DNA of 61,656 bases, filler included, from Choristocarpus tenellus KU-1152 (lineage: Eukaryota; Protista; Phaeophyceae), in assembly GCA_964200185.2 (NCBI GenBank). It is 13 parts of 13 records of this genome, joined end to end, with 100 filler letters (N's around TTAATTAATTAA, not from the genome) between each part and the next. Parts side by side here need not be neighbours in the genome. Positions count along the whole stretch, not along the records: positions 22,177 to 25,559 come from CAXNAD020020407.1; positions 25,660 to 28,968 come from CAXNAD020020891.1; positions 29,069 to 31,936 come from CAXNAD020024076.1; positions 32,037 to 35,318 come from CAXNAD020021062.1; positions 35,419 to 38,117 come from CAXNAD020025534.1; positions 38,218 to 41,585 come from CAXNAD020020493.1; 7 more parts are not named here. One strand, given 5' to 3'. This document shows positions 25,101 through 39,385 of the stretch, one piece after another. The stretch's first letter is position 1. Each line of letters starts with the position of its first letter. The position numbers were made by a program, and so were the translations under genes. The notes below the pieces were generated by a model, which was not told the DNA's origin, made no database searches, and worked only from the letters and a program-made list of their open reading frames with translations.

Positions 25101-26905
25101 ATAGCCTTCTCGACTTTTCTCAAGTAGTATGCATTGCCTTCCTTTGGACTATCTTTCTGACCATTACCCTTCATACCATTACCATTACCATTACCATTAC
25201 CCTTAATTACCATTACCCTAACCCTAACCTTCCTCAGACCAACGTCATGACAAATAATAACAAAAAAAAAGTTCATGTAGACCTAGAGGAGGAAAAGGGT
25301 GTCGTAGAGGAGGAAATGAGCAATCCTAAACATCTCCGTACAAGCCCACCAGAGAAGTAGGACGGAAGCGCAAGTACCTCTCACCTCTAACCAATCCAAC
25401 GAATGTTACCCTCACCATTTAACACCATACCGATCTAACTGCATCCCAAATATATTTTATATTTGCAGGAATCTCCAATTTGTCCTCAAAATCAATACAT
25501 TTTTTTTTTTGCTACATTTATTTCCCTCGTTTGCTATTTTTTTTTTTGCTTTTGTTTAANNNNNNNNNNNNNNNNNNNNNNNNNNNNNNNNNNNNNNNNN
25601 NNNTTAATTAATTAANNNNNNNNNNNNNNNNNNNNNNNNNNNNNNNNNNNNNNNNNNNNCCCCCCCCCAGATACTTTGACCCAGGTGACAAGCCTGTTGT
25701 TCACACCTAATGATACACGGATGTGCGTCCCACCTACCTGTGTCCTGTAGCTGTGGCTGAATCCGTCACTCTTCCTGAGGGAGTTCATTGCGACATCATG
25801 ATTGGCGTTCCAAAGCACGGTGAATGTATGTACAGCCCTAAAGTCGAACTTACCCAAAGCGGTAATTTATACCGCATCGAAAAGGACAGGGCGATGACAG
25901 CAATGTATCAGAACGTGTGAATGGGAGTTGAGTTGTCCATACCCTTGGTATCCACGGCATCCACATACACCTCTACACATATCAAATCGAGATGACTCAT
26001 TGTGGTGTGTCTGGTTCGTGTTGTGGACATGCGTGGAATTGTGAGACACTTACATTGGAGCCGTCTCTCCTCTGTGGTCCTTCCACACGCCGAGTAGAAC
26101 TTTCTGTCAACCCGTCCGCTTCTGGTCATAGAGGGGTAAGGTCATCGAGAGAAGGTGTTATGTCGTTAGCTTACAATACCACGGTTGTTCAGGTCACCAG
26201 AATACAAAAGAGAAATCACTGATATCTGACGATGCAAAGAAACACTTGAAAAGTAATCATCGCAATTTTACCTTGGTCGGCACACATCTGGACCAGAGTG
26301 GCGACGGTGTTGTAGAACTCATTTGCGGTAATCTGAGACACTTTGCTTGTACCATTCTTCATGTTGGTATCTTCCTATGCCTCCTTAAGGAATGCTATGA
26401 TATTGGTGGCAACCCTTCTCCTCACTGCTGTATCAAAGGCAGGAGCAGGTTTGTATTGCTGTGATAGGAATCCAGAGTTGACAATGTGGATTGTGCTCTT
26501 TGTGCTTAGGGAAACGCAAACAATTTTCCGTTCCTCAAGTTTGACGTTTGTTTTAGCAGCTTCGGCCATGGTTCTTGGTGTGTAATGTAGGATTTTTTAA
26601 TGGTTGCTGCTCAACAAGCGCAAGGAGGTTTAATGAAGAGAGTGAGTCAGGTACCATGCTGATAGAAATCAGAGGGTTGATTAGTGAACGCGGTGAGGTA
26701 GGGATTAAAATGAAACAAGGAAAAAGTCGCAAATGTTTGGCAAACGAGCAGACCAGGAGTAAGTCGGCAAGGTTGATGTGCGCAAACTACGGCATACAAA
26801 GAAGGCTGGTTTTACAGAAACATGAACAGTGGATGAGTCGTAATTTTGAGGGCTTTTAATTTTTTCAACTCCCGTCGATCGACAGGAGTTGAAAATTAGA
26901 AATAG

Positions 26906-27312
26906 GAGTGAAAGCATCTTAGAGGGTACGAGTTTTGCCCTGTTTGTGCATTTGGGGCTTGGCTTCCCATGAGGTCTTTTATGACATTTTCCTACTCCAA
27001 AACGTTTAGGAGTAGTAGGTGTGAAGTGTGTATGTTATGAAAAAGGTGTGTCCGAAATAGGGATATTGACACTTCCTAAGAGTGCAAGTATCTTAGAGGG
27101 TACAAGGTTTGCCCTGTTTGTCCGTTTGGTGCTTGACTTCCCATACGTTTTATGGGCATTCTCTACCTACTCCAAAATGTTTCGGAGTAGGTAAAATGTA
27201 TATGTTATGAAACGGTGTGTCCCGAACAAGGATATTGACATCTCCTAACAAACACGACAGCCAAAATTACGTAAAAATTGCAACATTGGATTTTGGCCCC
27301 CAAATGTACGCA
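26906..27312. mobile_element. Two abutting or nested truncated MITE-B copies
   Basis: A TIR at 26906 is interrupted at 27079 by a second TIR (GAGTGCAAGTATCTTAGAGGGTAC) at 27080. Both right ends are lost. Confidence 0.85.
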
Positions 27313-27317
27313 GCATA

Positions 27318-27690
27318 GGTGAGATACGATACTTAATACAATTAATTACTTAAGTATGCTTGCGATTGATGGGGATATTTTATTCCTTCGAAAAAAAAGG
27401 AGCTTGTGCAAAAAAAAAATGTAGTGTGGGCGGTGGAATTCTACAGTGTGTAACGAGGATGGGATACAGAGGAGAGTGACTTCTCCTGTTCATTAATCCT
27501 AAAATGACATCGAAAATTCCTAATGGGTGAGATGCGATACTTGGATAAAAAATCTACTTTCGAAAACTTGTAATCAATGGGGATCATTTATTCCTTCGAG
27601 AAAAACACGTGGGCGGTGAAGTTCTGCAGTGTATGTAACGGAAATTGGATATAGAGGAGAGTGACATCTTCTGTCCGTTAACCCTAAAAT
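27318..27690. repeat. Diverged tandem duplication, units of ~165-190 bp
   Basis: ggtgagatRcgatactt...gtgggcggtg...agaggagagtgac...cctaaaatg at 27318 and 27526. Confidence 0.7.
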
Positions 27691-29068
27691 GCGATATCTT
27701 GTGGTCAGGGCAACGGTGTTATCAAGTATGTTCGTGAGGGAAAATACGATCAGTGTAATAAGAGTACACTTTGTGAAGCTCGTAGACTCTGTCTCAAGAT
27801 TTTCTAACAAGGCCGTGTGGAGTCGGACAAGATGTGTATCAGGGATAGAGTCTCAGGCAAATTAAGGAGAGATGGGACAAATGTGATGGTGAACGTTTAG
27901 AGAGGGTATAATATGGACGGGTAATGGTGTGCATGATGGTATCACCAAAGAGCAACAAACGATGATTTTGTCTTCTGCCCCAATCCTAGTTTCCGATTGG
28001 GAATTTGTTTCTCCATTTATTTATTGGTGGATATTGAAGACACACGGGAGGAAAAGTGTCGTGGGACGACTATTGACACCGTACATTTTGAACAGTTACG
28101 GAAACATGAACGGGTGGGTTGCGCGCGGTATCGTATAGTGTGGATATGTGCACGATGAAGGTCCGTGTCTTGTCCAGATAGACAAAGAGATCGTTGGAGA
28201 TACAGCAAGTTCATACTTGGAGAGACTAGCGTGTACATCGAAATTGTGGAATCAATTGGATATCCTTGCTATTGAGACAAAATAATTGTTTCCAGATAAT
28301 ATCGATGCCAACTGTGGAACTTTTGTGCGGTAGACAATGAGCTACGATCAGCCATTGACATCTTACGAAAGGGGTGAGACTACAAATGTGTTGCTATTGT
28401 GTTTGGGGTAGAGGGGAGGAGAGGGAGAGAGTGCTGCACGTCGAGATTGGCTTCAACGACAATACCAGAGAAAAGTTCATAAACTAAAACCAATCGTCAT
28501 AGGATAATTGTGACCTCATGAGCTCGTTTATATATGGCAATTTCGTGCAAGTCTAGGTGTTGGCGCGGCTGCACTAGCAGCCCTAAGTTTTTCACGAGTT
28601 GTATAAAGGAACAAGGTGTCATATAGTATGGGGAATAACGACATGGACGTTAGAGTTTGGTCGAGTGTTTCTGGGTGCGATGGGATGTTCCACAAATATA
28701 AGTTGAAGATTAATGGATGGGTGTGTGTGTTTCTGGACAGTAATTTAGAAACTTAGTTCATGGATGTTGTTGTGCTAAAAGTACTGTGCGTGAAATCTCG
28801 ATACAAACGGTCCATGTAAGTGTTGGCATACAACAAGGTAGAGAAGAAATTAAAATGGGGGTAGTGATGTTATACCCTCACGTACACACCCTGTCGCCTT
28901 CAGGGGGTGGGTACATTATGGTGTTGACTATGCCTCTGGTATAACTACGGTGACAGTTGGGATATTTANNNNNNNNNNNNNNNNNNNNNNNNNNNNNNNN
29001 NNNNNNNNNNNNTTAATTAATTAANNNNNNNNNNNNNNNNNNNNNNNNNNNNNNNNNNNNNNNNNNNN

Positions 29069-31861
29069 TAAACCCCCACTGCCTCCACTAGCCTCTGCCG
29101 CCGCTGCTGCTGCAGCCTCCCATGGTGCTCTTCCATATGGTACTTGGATGGCCATATTCAGACTGGTGGGAACAACAGCTGCAGGCTTGTGGGGGGGTAT
29201 TTTTACAGATTGACCATCAACTGTGAAGGTAACAAGGGCCCTTACCATGTCTCCATCCCAAGAGCGGATGGGGTTGGAGCCGTCTAGGTAAACAAGAACC
29301 CCTACTGTGCTACCTGACCCATAGCAATTATCGCCAGGGTTTCCAAACCAACGTGTCGACATTAGGATCTGAGGGAGTAAGGAGACAGGACAGGCAAAAC
29401 AACAGAGGGGAGGCCATAGGGTGAGGCTGTAGGGCAAGTGAAAGTAGTGATATGAATTAATAGGTGTACTTGAATACTGAGGACATTTGAGTGTGAATGG
29501 TTTTCTAAAACAGAGGTCCGGCTTGGATTTTCGTGAGAAATCAAAGGGGGGAGGGGTAAGGGATATGGAAATGGGAAATCCCCAATACCCCTGATATGAC
29601 CCAATCACAGAAGGTCACTTTCAAACTAGAAAAGGTAAATTAAAATGTGTACTACATCACCTGTCAGCTCTTGGGCTGCCCAAGAGCCTTCTATCCCCAA
29701 ACCTCAAATGGTGCACTTAGTACTTGGTATGATATAATTGTTGAGTTAAGGTATTCACTACAACACAGCAACGACCCCCAACAAGAGGCTGTTTGCCCCT
29801 GCTCGACATTCTCATTTCCTTAGTAGCATTTTGGGATTAAATGGAGATCGTACAAAGATTTGTCTGGAGAATACCCCTTAAATCACATAGAAATGAGAAC
29901 AGATTCAACTTTGGCACCTCTTTGTGTTGAAAATTCAGAACAATAATAACAGTAATAACAATATTACCAGTTAAACAATTAGACTATAATATCTCTGTTC
30001 TATTCGATTGAGCACTCACTAGAGACAAGTTGGAGAGAAAAAAGAAAATCTCGGTTGACACCACAGAAAGGTGTCAAAGTGAATCATAACCTTTTCCTCT
30101 ACACAAAATGCTTGCCTACATTCCACCTCACTGCTTGTCATCCCACCCATTTCACGAAAAACGAACTTGGACACTAACGATGACATCATCTTCTCAAGCA
30201 CTACATTGTTAATTGCACTCAAAATAATAGACCACAAGATCACAACCTCCCAGTTCCGCAGATAGGGCGATACACCTGACCTTCACCCCCTTCTCTGCCC
30301 CCCCCTAAGTCTTCAAAATTAATTTAAATTTTCCTTTTCAAGACTCCTCACCTGCCCTGTTGAGCACAGCCCAACAGAATTGCTGAAGGCACCCACTAGG
30401 GTGCTCAAAGGCATCTCCGGGGTGGAGAGGCCAATGCTGAGACTGGGTAGCAGCTCTTGGACCATGACACTTATCTGGAAGAACACATACCGGTTTCGAA
30501 GGACTGGTACCATGGCCCGAATGGAGCTGTATAGAGTGGAACCAACCTTGGTGGCGCAGTGTTGACCACATGTCAGTCTTATTCCATCCGCAGCATCGTG
30601 ATTGTTGAGAACTGCCAGGCGTTCCTGATGACAGGAAAAGGTACAGCAGCTTGCAATTAAAAAAATAATAATCGAAAGCCATAGAGAGAGGGTTGAGACT
30701 GCTCTCGGGATCCCGTGCTGTTTGTTGTCAATTAAATTAAAATAGTCATCCTCACAGCGGTGGGATGGGAAAAGGGCAACCATCTCTACAATTAATGATA
30801 AACTCTCACGTAACAATTATCTCACCGCTGCCCAATCATATTCTGGATACTTTTCATGCACTATGGTTATTCCCGCCTCAAGAATATCCTACAACTACAG
30901 TACCAGCGCACTGAAATTCTAAACATCCCTCCCTTAGTCTATAAAAACACCCAAAATCTTCTCATACCCCGCTTACGTCCCCCCCCTTCCCCCCCTCCCC
31001 TCCTGTGAGGGTAGGTAACATCTGACCTGTCGACGTAAAAAATCTGCAGTAAGACGTGTGGTTTCATCTTCACATGTGGTGTGCTGGTCCAATCGTAGGT
31101 GATCACGTGCCAGGAAGAGGATGTCATCCGAAAACTGGGAGTATCGAGTCTGTGGGGGGTCATTTGCAATATTTATTTATTTTCAGACTTTTTAAGAGAA
31201 ATGTGGAAGGATGGAAGGATGGAAGGATGTGGGGTAGATAGAACCGAGAGCCAGCTAGCTTAATCACGGACATAATGTATTTGACTCCACCGTGTTTGTA
31301 GAGTGAAGATGTATAGTGAAGATGTATAGTGAAGATGAGGAGTCACAACAAAAGGAAAGACTGATGAAAAGGTGTACAATATGCAACGATCATGACTGAC
31401 CCAAATCATTGGCAGGGAATTCGGAAACACACATATGCCTGTAACAAGGAAACATTACAACAATACCCACAAACACCACAACTGGCAGTTACACAACTGC
31501 AACCGAGGGGTAGGTTCAGAAGCATACTTAACTCCTATTGGACAGTGGAGGAGTTTCTTAGGGAAACGATTGCCAACAATAGTCATACCATAATAGGAGA
31601 TTACACAGCATACAGAGGAATGTGCCCAAACTAAAGTTTGGGGCACAGACAACTGTGCAGTGGTGCGTTGACAGCATATCCCCCACTGTATAAGAAACTC
31701 ACCATCACATGAGCCCTGGAGATGGGTGTGGGGGGAAATGACTGTGGGGTGCACATGAACCGTCCTGCTGATGCAGTCCCTTCATGATCCTCCTCCTCTA
31801 CTCCCTCCCCCTCATCTATGTCGCTTGATGTTGGGGACTGTCTGTCCACAGTTACTGTTGC
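29069..31861 (-). CDS. SPRY/B30.2-domain protein, partial
   Basis: Phase-0 exons 31861-31703, 30624-30352 and 29368-29069 with gtgagt/gtgagg donors and cag acceptors. SSIRAMVPV..YVFFQISV..SIGLSTPEMPLSTLVG..SVGLCSTGQ|IL..YGSGSTVGVLVYLD..VTFTVDG is a SPRY-like pattern. Confidence 0.75.
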
Positions 31862-32036
31862 CTGAGCCATCCACAACATGAGCATTCATTGGTAGACAAG
31901 ATGGAGGTAGACAGGGGTCAAAGTATCTGAGGGGGGNNNNNNNNNNNNNNNNNNNNNNNNNNNNNNNNNNNNNNNNNNNNTTAATTAATTAANNNNNNNN
32001 NNNNNNNNNNNNNNNNNNNNNNNNNNNNNNNNNNNN

Positions 32037-33550
32037 TACCAAGCAATCTCGCCAGGTTTATCACCTTTATGTTCTTTGATGATTTTGGGGATACTTTAAC
32101 AGCTGCTGCCAGAGCAAATGGGTGGGATGTTGAGTTGTGCATCCTGGAGAAGAAGGTCACCAAAGCAAAGAATAAGCGGAAACTTCCCCTGAAGATGAGG
32201 AACAAACTGCGGGCAAGGACCATGTCCATGTCTGCGAATCAGGGGGAAATTGGCTCAGGTGGTGGAGATGGGGGAGGTGACTTGGAGGGGCGTGATAGTG
32301 GAGGTGGCCCAGGTGGTGGAGAAGGGGGCAGTGACTTGGATGGGAGTGATGGTGAAGGGGGCTCAGGTGGGGGTGATGGGGGAGGTCACTTGGATGGGAG
32401 TAATGGCGAAGGTGGCTCAAGTGGGGGTGATGAGGGAGGTGACTTGGATGGGAGTGATGGTGGAGGTGACTCAGGTTGGGGTAATAGGGAAGGTGTGGGA
32501 GACAATGTAAATGGCTTGGGTGTGGGAGACAGGGAAGATTGGGATGATGATGGGAGTGGGGACAATGATAGAGAATTGAATGGACGGAGGGTTTGTGGAG
32601 AAGTGGCAAGAGGGAAAGTAGGGACAAGTTTACCCCCAAGCAACAGTGGCAAGCAGGTGCAGTGAGTGGAGCTTGCAGTTATTGCTCGGTCAGTATGTTA
32701 GATGATCTGTACATCCCAAATGGACTTATTGCACATATGGCATTGATAGAGAAACTTTGTTGTGCTACAAAGGTGATGTTGTGGGGATCAGATCTTGTAT
32801 GATATTTTTAGCTGCTCCCAAAAATTAAATTGAATGATGGTATTCTTTCATTGAAATGATCACATTACCCATGATATATCACTTTCTTGCAGCAAGGCTG
32901 TGTTGTTGGTATGTGATCACATTGAAGGAGAGGAAAAATTGTTAGTCCATCATTGGCAACACCTCTCACTCTAGTGGGGTGGGTATTGTATGTAGAGATA
33001 GATGTGGATGAGATTTGTGGAATTTTGCACCAGTTTGAAGGCATACTAAGTACCAGTTTTGTTATCTCATATTCTGCCTATTGTTTGGTACTTGGAAGGA
33101 CTCATCAACCTTTCTCATATAGAATGAAAGGAGGTCCTCCAACGGAATGTCAAGAGCAGGCCATGGAAGCCATTTGCAACTGCTACTATATGCACATACT
33201 CGAGCGTGCAACAGAGACAAGGTGGCACTTCTTGTTGTAGCTCTTGACCATCTTCTAGACTAGCCATGGTGTGACACTGCCTTTTCCTCTCCCTCCCTGC
33301 CCTTACACCAGAGGTTGTATTGGTTGAATGGGTTTATTGGCCCAGTGACCCTGGCTTCAAGTCTCCTTGGTGGGACCGACATGGACACCTTGTCATTCCC
33401 TGCGCAGGTGATGGTAATTGCTACTATCGAACAGAGACATTCTGTGCCTTGACGGGTGTTGTGATGAGGGGCCCCAACTACACCCGGATCTTGCAAAAGA
33501 TGCGGACAACACTCACGAAGGCATTGGAGTCTTCAGACAGCGTGATTGAG
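32037..33550 (+). CDS. Gene or pseudogene with 4x18-aa Gly/Asp repeats and an OTU-like cysteine-protease motif
   Basis: 54-nt periodic GGDGGGDLDGSDG units at ~32260-32480. Putative exon 33312-33550 (cag acceptor) encodes VIPCAGDGNCYYR, resembling the OTU GDGNCLFR catalytic box. Exon linkage is not established. Confidence 0.45.
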
Positions 33551-36500
33551 GTGCTCCATCCATCATTGCATATATCCCAGAACTGACAGGAGTAGTTGGT
33601 TGTTTTGTTTACCATCTCATTCTTGAGTTGAGGATCTGAGGGCTGGTAGGGACTCATTGTTTCTTTGAATTATGTTGTCCAGTATGAATATTCCTAGTTG
33701 GGGTGGGAGATGAGGAAGGCATATATGCATTATTTCAAGAGGACGAACATGTAGATGGCTGGCAGCACTCTAATTCACAGTTATAAATACCTATATGTGG
33801 ATCTCTCATTAGTCCTTTTTGATGCATGTGGGGAAGGTGTCTAATGGTGGTGAGTTTGTGAGGTGTTTGTAATGGCGTAGCAGTTCTTTTTCTGACTCCA
33901 GCGGGGACTAGGATGGAATAGATGTATTCTACTAAGAACAGATCTTTGTTCTAAATTGATTACCCCGCAAGATTATTATCTTTTTCCACTTGATGTTTGT
34001 ATAGGAGATGAACATCTTCAAACATGATACTATATCATGATAGACGCCCATAGACTTTTGTAGTCTGAGGTAGATTGCAAATTCTTCTCCAAGTAGTGAC
34101 TTCTCAGGTGGTCAAGTAGGTATTTTCGTCCCATACCTGTAGCACTATGCATGATATGACACTGGGTGCATAGGTGTTGCATCCAGGGCAGTTGACCATG
34201 AAAGTCACAGTTTGATGGACCAGAATTCGTTTGTCCTGCTACGGATGAATTATTTCTATTTCTGTCATTATAATGTATTACAGTGACAGTTAGAACTATG
34301 AATAGTGCTGCTACTATGCCTTACACTAAACAGGTAGGAAAACCTGTTGAGATAAACCAGCAACCCCCCCTCCTGCCCCTCCCCTGTTATTTTTTCCCAG
34401 CTTGTGCCTTGAGCAGAAATACCATGACGACCTTGACATGTCTGAGGCTTTTCTTTTCTTTGTTGAAGAGGAGGAAGCAGGGTGGATTCGACCCGCATAA
34501 TCCTCAAGACATTGATTGGAGATGATGGAAGCGTTGACCTGGGGTTGGTCATTGTTGCCAGGATGCTTCAACTGGAGGGGTTGCACCTCCTAAAGGACCG
34601 TGGTCAGTGCATTGTGAGTCTGTTGGCCAAGTATGGAGCCAAAGCAACTCCTAGTCAATTCTTAAGCGTTGCCTGTTTTGCCTGATGATCTCCATAGCCC
34701 ATTGAACTCTGATATCCTTCTGACCTTCTGGATTACAACCCGACTCATGAACTTTGGATATGTATAGGGTTCCCAGAGCGAGCATGACAAGGAGGTGCTG
34801 GGGACTAGGACACTATGCCACGATGCCACTCCATATGCAAGTGGTGAAGGGAGTGCACTGGAATGGGTTCTTGGCTTGAAGGTCAATGCCTCCCACATCT
34901 CCGACAATGGTGTGAAGGCAAGGAACTGCCCTGGCCTCCCCCTGACCTCTTGGCGTTTGTAGTCAAACCCTTCCCTTAGACTCACACCTTGTCACCTCTC
35001 TCTCCCTGGGCACCCCTCACTCTCATGCCTCCTAGCCTCCCTAGGTGTACTCCATCCCCACATGTCTGTGGGAGTCATGTTTGAAGGGTCAGCCAATCCT
35101 CACTGTTGAAGGGCTGCAAAGCTTCCACTGAGGAGGGCACTATGAAGTCTTGGACCAACACTCTACAGTGAGCAAGATGACAGGTGGTTGCGACAGACAG
35201 TCCATATGTCCTATGTGATACCACCAGGAGATGCTCCCCGTTGATCTGCTGGAGAGGATCGATACCTGCCTTGCCAGACTGGACGGCAAGGAATGGAAGT
35301 CCCTGCCCACAACTATGCNNNNNNNNNNNNNNNNNNNNNNNNNNNNNNNNNNNNNNNNNNNNTTAATTAATTAANNNNNNNNNNNNNNNNNNNNNNNNNN
35401 NNNNNNNNNNNNNNNNNNACCCTTGCGTAGACGCCCCCCCCCTCCCAGATACTTTGGGTCCTAATGTGTGTGTGACACCAAAAAGGAGGCTCTGACTGTA
35501 GTTGCTGTCCTTATGGCTTTATATCCCCAGGAAGAAGCCAAATCGAAGAACGGAACACAATACTTCACAGGATGTATGTGTCGCTGGGGGGCAGGGGTAT
35601 ATGTGGTTGGTAGATAGGTTTGTCATTAGACAGGTGGGTAGAGACTCAAGGTTGGGCTGGACAATGCGAGCATAAGATCCAACTCATTTTCCTTTTTAAA
35701 TAGTAATATCGTTAGGGAACATACATAGATATACCTCATCTTCTTACAAATCTTGGGGCAGACAAACATTTGTCTTTACTACATACAAGTTGTGCACAGA
35801 TCTCACCCACAAATCTTCCCCCTCCTTTCCATCATTTTGTTTGAAGCAAGACGCCCCCAAAAAAAAATTGTAAATCCAGGGGCCTGAGTATGGCCACCTC
35901 GATTCCATCGTATTTCATACTTTGTAGACGTGTGCTCCAGCAATGTAATACCTTTGTAGATAGAGTAAATGATAAATTATCGAAAAGGTGACGGACAAAG
36001 GTGGTTGTAAACCTTTCCTGTCCCGTGTCTGTACTGTTTGCCTTTCCCTCCGTATTCGTCATAGCCATGGCAATGATATCAATACGCGTTTTGTGTGAGC
36101 TTGCCCAGCAGGATAACAGAAAAAGAGCAATACCTTCTTCTGTTTTTCTTGCTAGGTACATGAGGTGTTACTAGATTTGTATTCTTTTGTAGCCTAGAGG
36201 ACTCATGGAGTTTTTTATACCATGTGGGAAGGTATTCCACAACAATGATCTAGTTAAATAATAATCATTCAGTATACTCAAAGCAACTTATCTTGTTACG
36301 TCCTTGTAGTACTATAAGTACCACATGGCCCATCATCCTACCTAATAGGAGTCCTGGATAGCACTGTTATGCTTCTCTGGTTGCCATGAGAAGAATGCCA
36401 TCTGCAAAAACAGACATTAGCTCGTTGACATTTTTCTCATCAAGTCACAAGGAATCAACTACTACAGCTATAGTCGTGGCACTGAAGTGTCCTTAATCAC

Positions 36501-38233
36501 TTATCTCCTCAAACAATAGAAGATTTTACGTATTTGTAGATCATTATCGAGATATGAATGGCACACACACGGCGCAGTAATGAAAGGCTTGGTCAAGAAG
36601 AGTATAATAGCAGAAAGCATAGTGACAAGAAATATGCTCCTCTTTACCTTGAAGATTCAGTCGCAGCACATTTGAAGAAATTGATTCACGAACAAAGAGC
36701 TGTCTCTGATCAGGTACTATTGAGGACTGTTTTTTTTTTCCGATCCTCACCTGTCCATAGGAACATTTGTAGTGTTCCTTCATCACACCAAAGCTCTATC
36801 TCACACGACAAATGTGCCAACTGAATTCTGTATTGCCTCTTTCACAACTTTACAAAGAGATCGAGGATGATATCAAAGAACACATTTGGATGACTTGTAG
36901 CCACCTCCAGATTGGAATATAGAATGGAGAGGACAAACGTATTGTACGCAAGGAGATGTCGCGGGCAGTCCTTTAGATGCTCGTTTCTATTGTCAGATGT
37001 ACGATGCACTCCCACTTCAGAATCATAAAGGATACGGGACTGGACTCCTATTGGAACATCATCGACAAGGGGGGACATCTATCTCTGGACAGTTTAAAAA
37101 AATTGCACCGTCCAATTGCCCTACTAGCAATCTACACCATAAATAAAAAAAACTCCGATAAATCTAAATCCTTCACAAGCAAGGAAGTGTTATTGCTGTT
37201 GTAGTTTGCAGGTCAAGAAATGTTGATGTGCGGCCTCCACCACCCTTGCACCTTCGTCTCGGGGTTGCCATGATGGATGTTCCCAGCCCTACCTTGTGCT
37301 TCCTGCACCTAGTAAGGTGCGATTATTGCATTGGAAGGGGAAGCAACTAATTAGTTGTCAGTGAAATAGGTGGTGACTTGACCGTCCGAAGATGGCAAGC
37401 GATTGAAACCCGTTTCACTTAAATATTATGCGAGCACCAGCAAGTTGATCAAAGTTCAACTGTAGAGTTTGCAACCCACAGAATGCTGAAGGTCAAGAGA
37501 TTTCAATGCTGAATGATAATTTTTGATGAGACTATATTTTCATTGGACTTGAACTTCCCCCCTGCCCATGCCTGCTTCTCGATGAGTTAACAGCTTTTCC
37601 CAACTCATTTCCTTTCCCTACCACACCCTAGAACTACCCTAGGTCCTTTCCTACAATGAAGACATATAGCATTTGCTCTTTTTGATGTGCACGAGATGTA
37701 TTCAAACCTTCACATACATGGTACGATGTCATCATATGTTGTGACTGATATCACAACCTGTCCAATCGTACACAAATCCCTTCGTCTATTGAGGTAGGAA
37801 TCTTCACACCCATTATAAGTCATTGCTGCTTTGAGGGTAAAAATCCCACCTTTGTGTATCACTTATTGGTGAAGAGACAGCATATGCCATAAACGTTCCC
37901 TTTCGTCCTCTACACGCACCACATCCATCCACCATAACGCAAAAAAATGGTAAAGTCTTGATATACACGATACTGAATTTTATCGCTTTGTCCTTGGTTT
38001 TTGATAAATCGGTAAGAAAGATATCATGAACCCATTGATAACTACCCACATGGTAGGAGGGAGAGGAGCGGGAGGATATGGCAGGAAAGGAGTAGTTAAA
38101 TCCAGGCTACGCCAAATNNNNNNNNNNNNNNNNNNNNNNNNNNNNNNNNNNNNNNNNNNNNTTAATTAATTAANNNNNNNNNNNNNNNNNNNNNNNNNNN
38201 NNNNNNNNNNNNNNNNNCCATGTATCAATATGA

Positions 38234-38417
38234 GACCCAAAGTATCTTGAGGGGGGGGGGGGGGTCTACACCAGGGGTGTCCATTTGGCCCAAAATCAGG
38301 GAAAGTGCATTTACATTATCCATCCGACGTATGCATACAAATCACACAAAAATCGCGACATGAAAAAATTGACCCCAAATGGACAGCCGCCACCACCCCT
38401 TCCAGGTACTTTAAGTC
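38234..38417. mobile_element. MITE family A, full copy, TSD TGA
   Basis: GACCCAAAGTATC...GGTACTTTAAGTC flanked by tga. Confidence 0.9.
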
Positions 38418-39060
38418 TGACTGTCCACACATACACGCACAACAATCACATTACCTCCACCACCAACACAAACAAAGATCCCTCTCCTCGTCCTCCCTGG
38501 TGTGCACTGTGATCATCGAAGACAAACGGAACGTTCCGTAGCCCTGTGGCAACACCCCTGGTTGCCCAGGAGCGGCGGGGGAAGCGGCGGGCGAGTGAGG
38601 TGGAGATGGAGAGACTCCATCGAGAAGGGGAGCAAGCCTTGTCTGCCAATATGAACGTGGGTCTGGATGGGAGTTCAACTGCTTGAAGTTTCTATTTTTT
38701 CAGCGATGACTTTCGTATGTTCTTGCTTCTTTTTTTTTTGTTCTGGGGCACCGCCCTGGAGCAGTAGTTTTTTTTTTTGAGGTGTAGCTACCACGTGCAG
38801 TGTATACACACACACACACACAAATATATGTGTGTATATAGCATTCTACTTTGTTTTTTTGTTTTGAGTGTGTTGGTGATTTGTTGTAGTAGTTCTGTCG
38901 GTGGGGGAGTTGGGGTTACGGGTGTGTTTGGTTGATGAAACTGTTGACCTTTTGATGGGACAATACCCCCTTCGTAGAGGTGTTTTTTTTTCTAGTAGTA
39001 CGTAAGAGTTCACGGTGTGGGGTTGATGATGGTGGATGGGTGTGTTATTGCTCTTGTCAG

Positions 39061-39350
39061 ACTTAACATTGCAAGCATACTGTTGGATACAATCTACTTT
39101 CCTGGGTAGACATCAGCCCATGACGCATTGGAAAGGTTAGGGGGGGGGTGATTAGAGATCTTGAGGGGATAAGGAGGGGAAGGAAATGAAGTTGGTGGCT
39201 CACTGAACCCTAAGTTTCATATACCTGAGGTGATTTGTTGCTCTCTTTTAGCTGACCATGACTATACGGGCTAGTGTATGCACTAGTCAACCCTTATTTG
39301 ATGCCTTTTGTACAAGAATTCTCAATGATCCATGTTGTGTCTTTGTCATT

Positions 39351-39385
<35 letters not shown>

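Noticed and set aside
28280-28335. DANCGTFV as a Ulp1 protease catalytic motif
   Set aside because: A single short motif among stops, with no supporting His/Asp motif in frame.
25690-37204. Endogenous giant-virus genes in the intron-poor stretches 25690-26600 and 35830-37200
   Set aside because: Only short broken ORFs; no viral hallmark motif recognisable.
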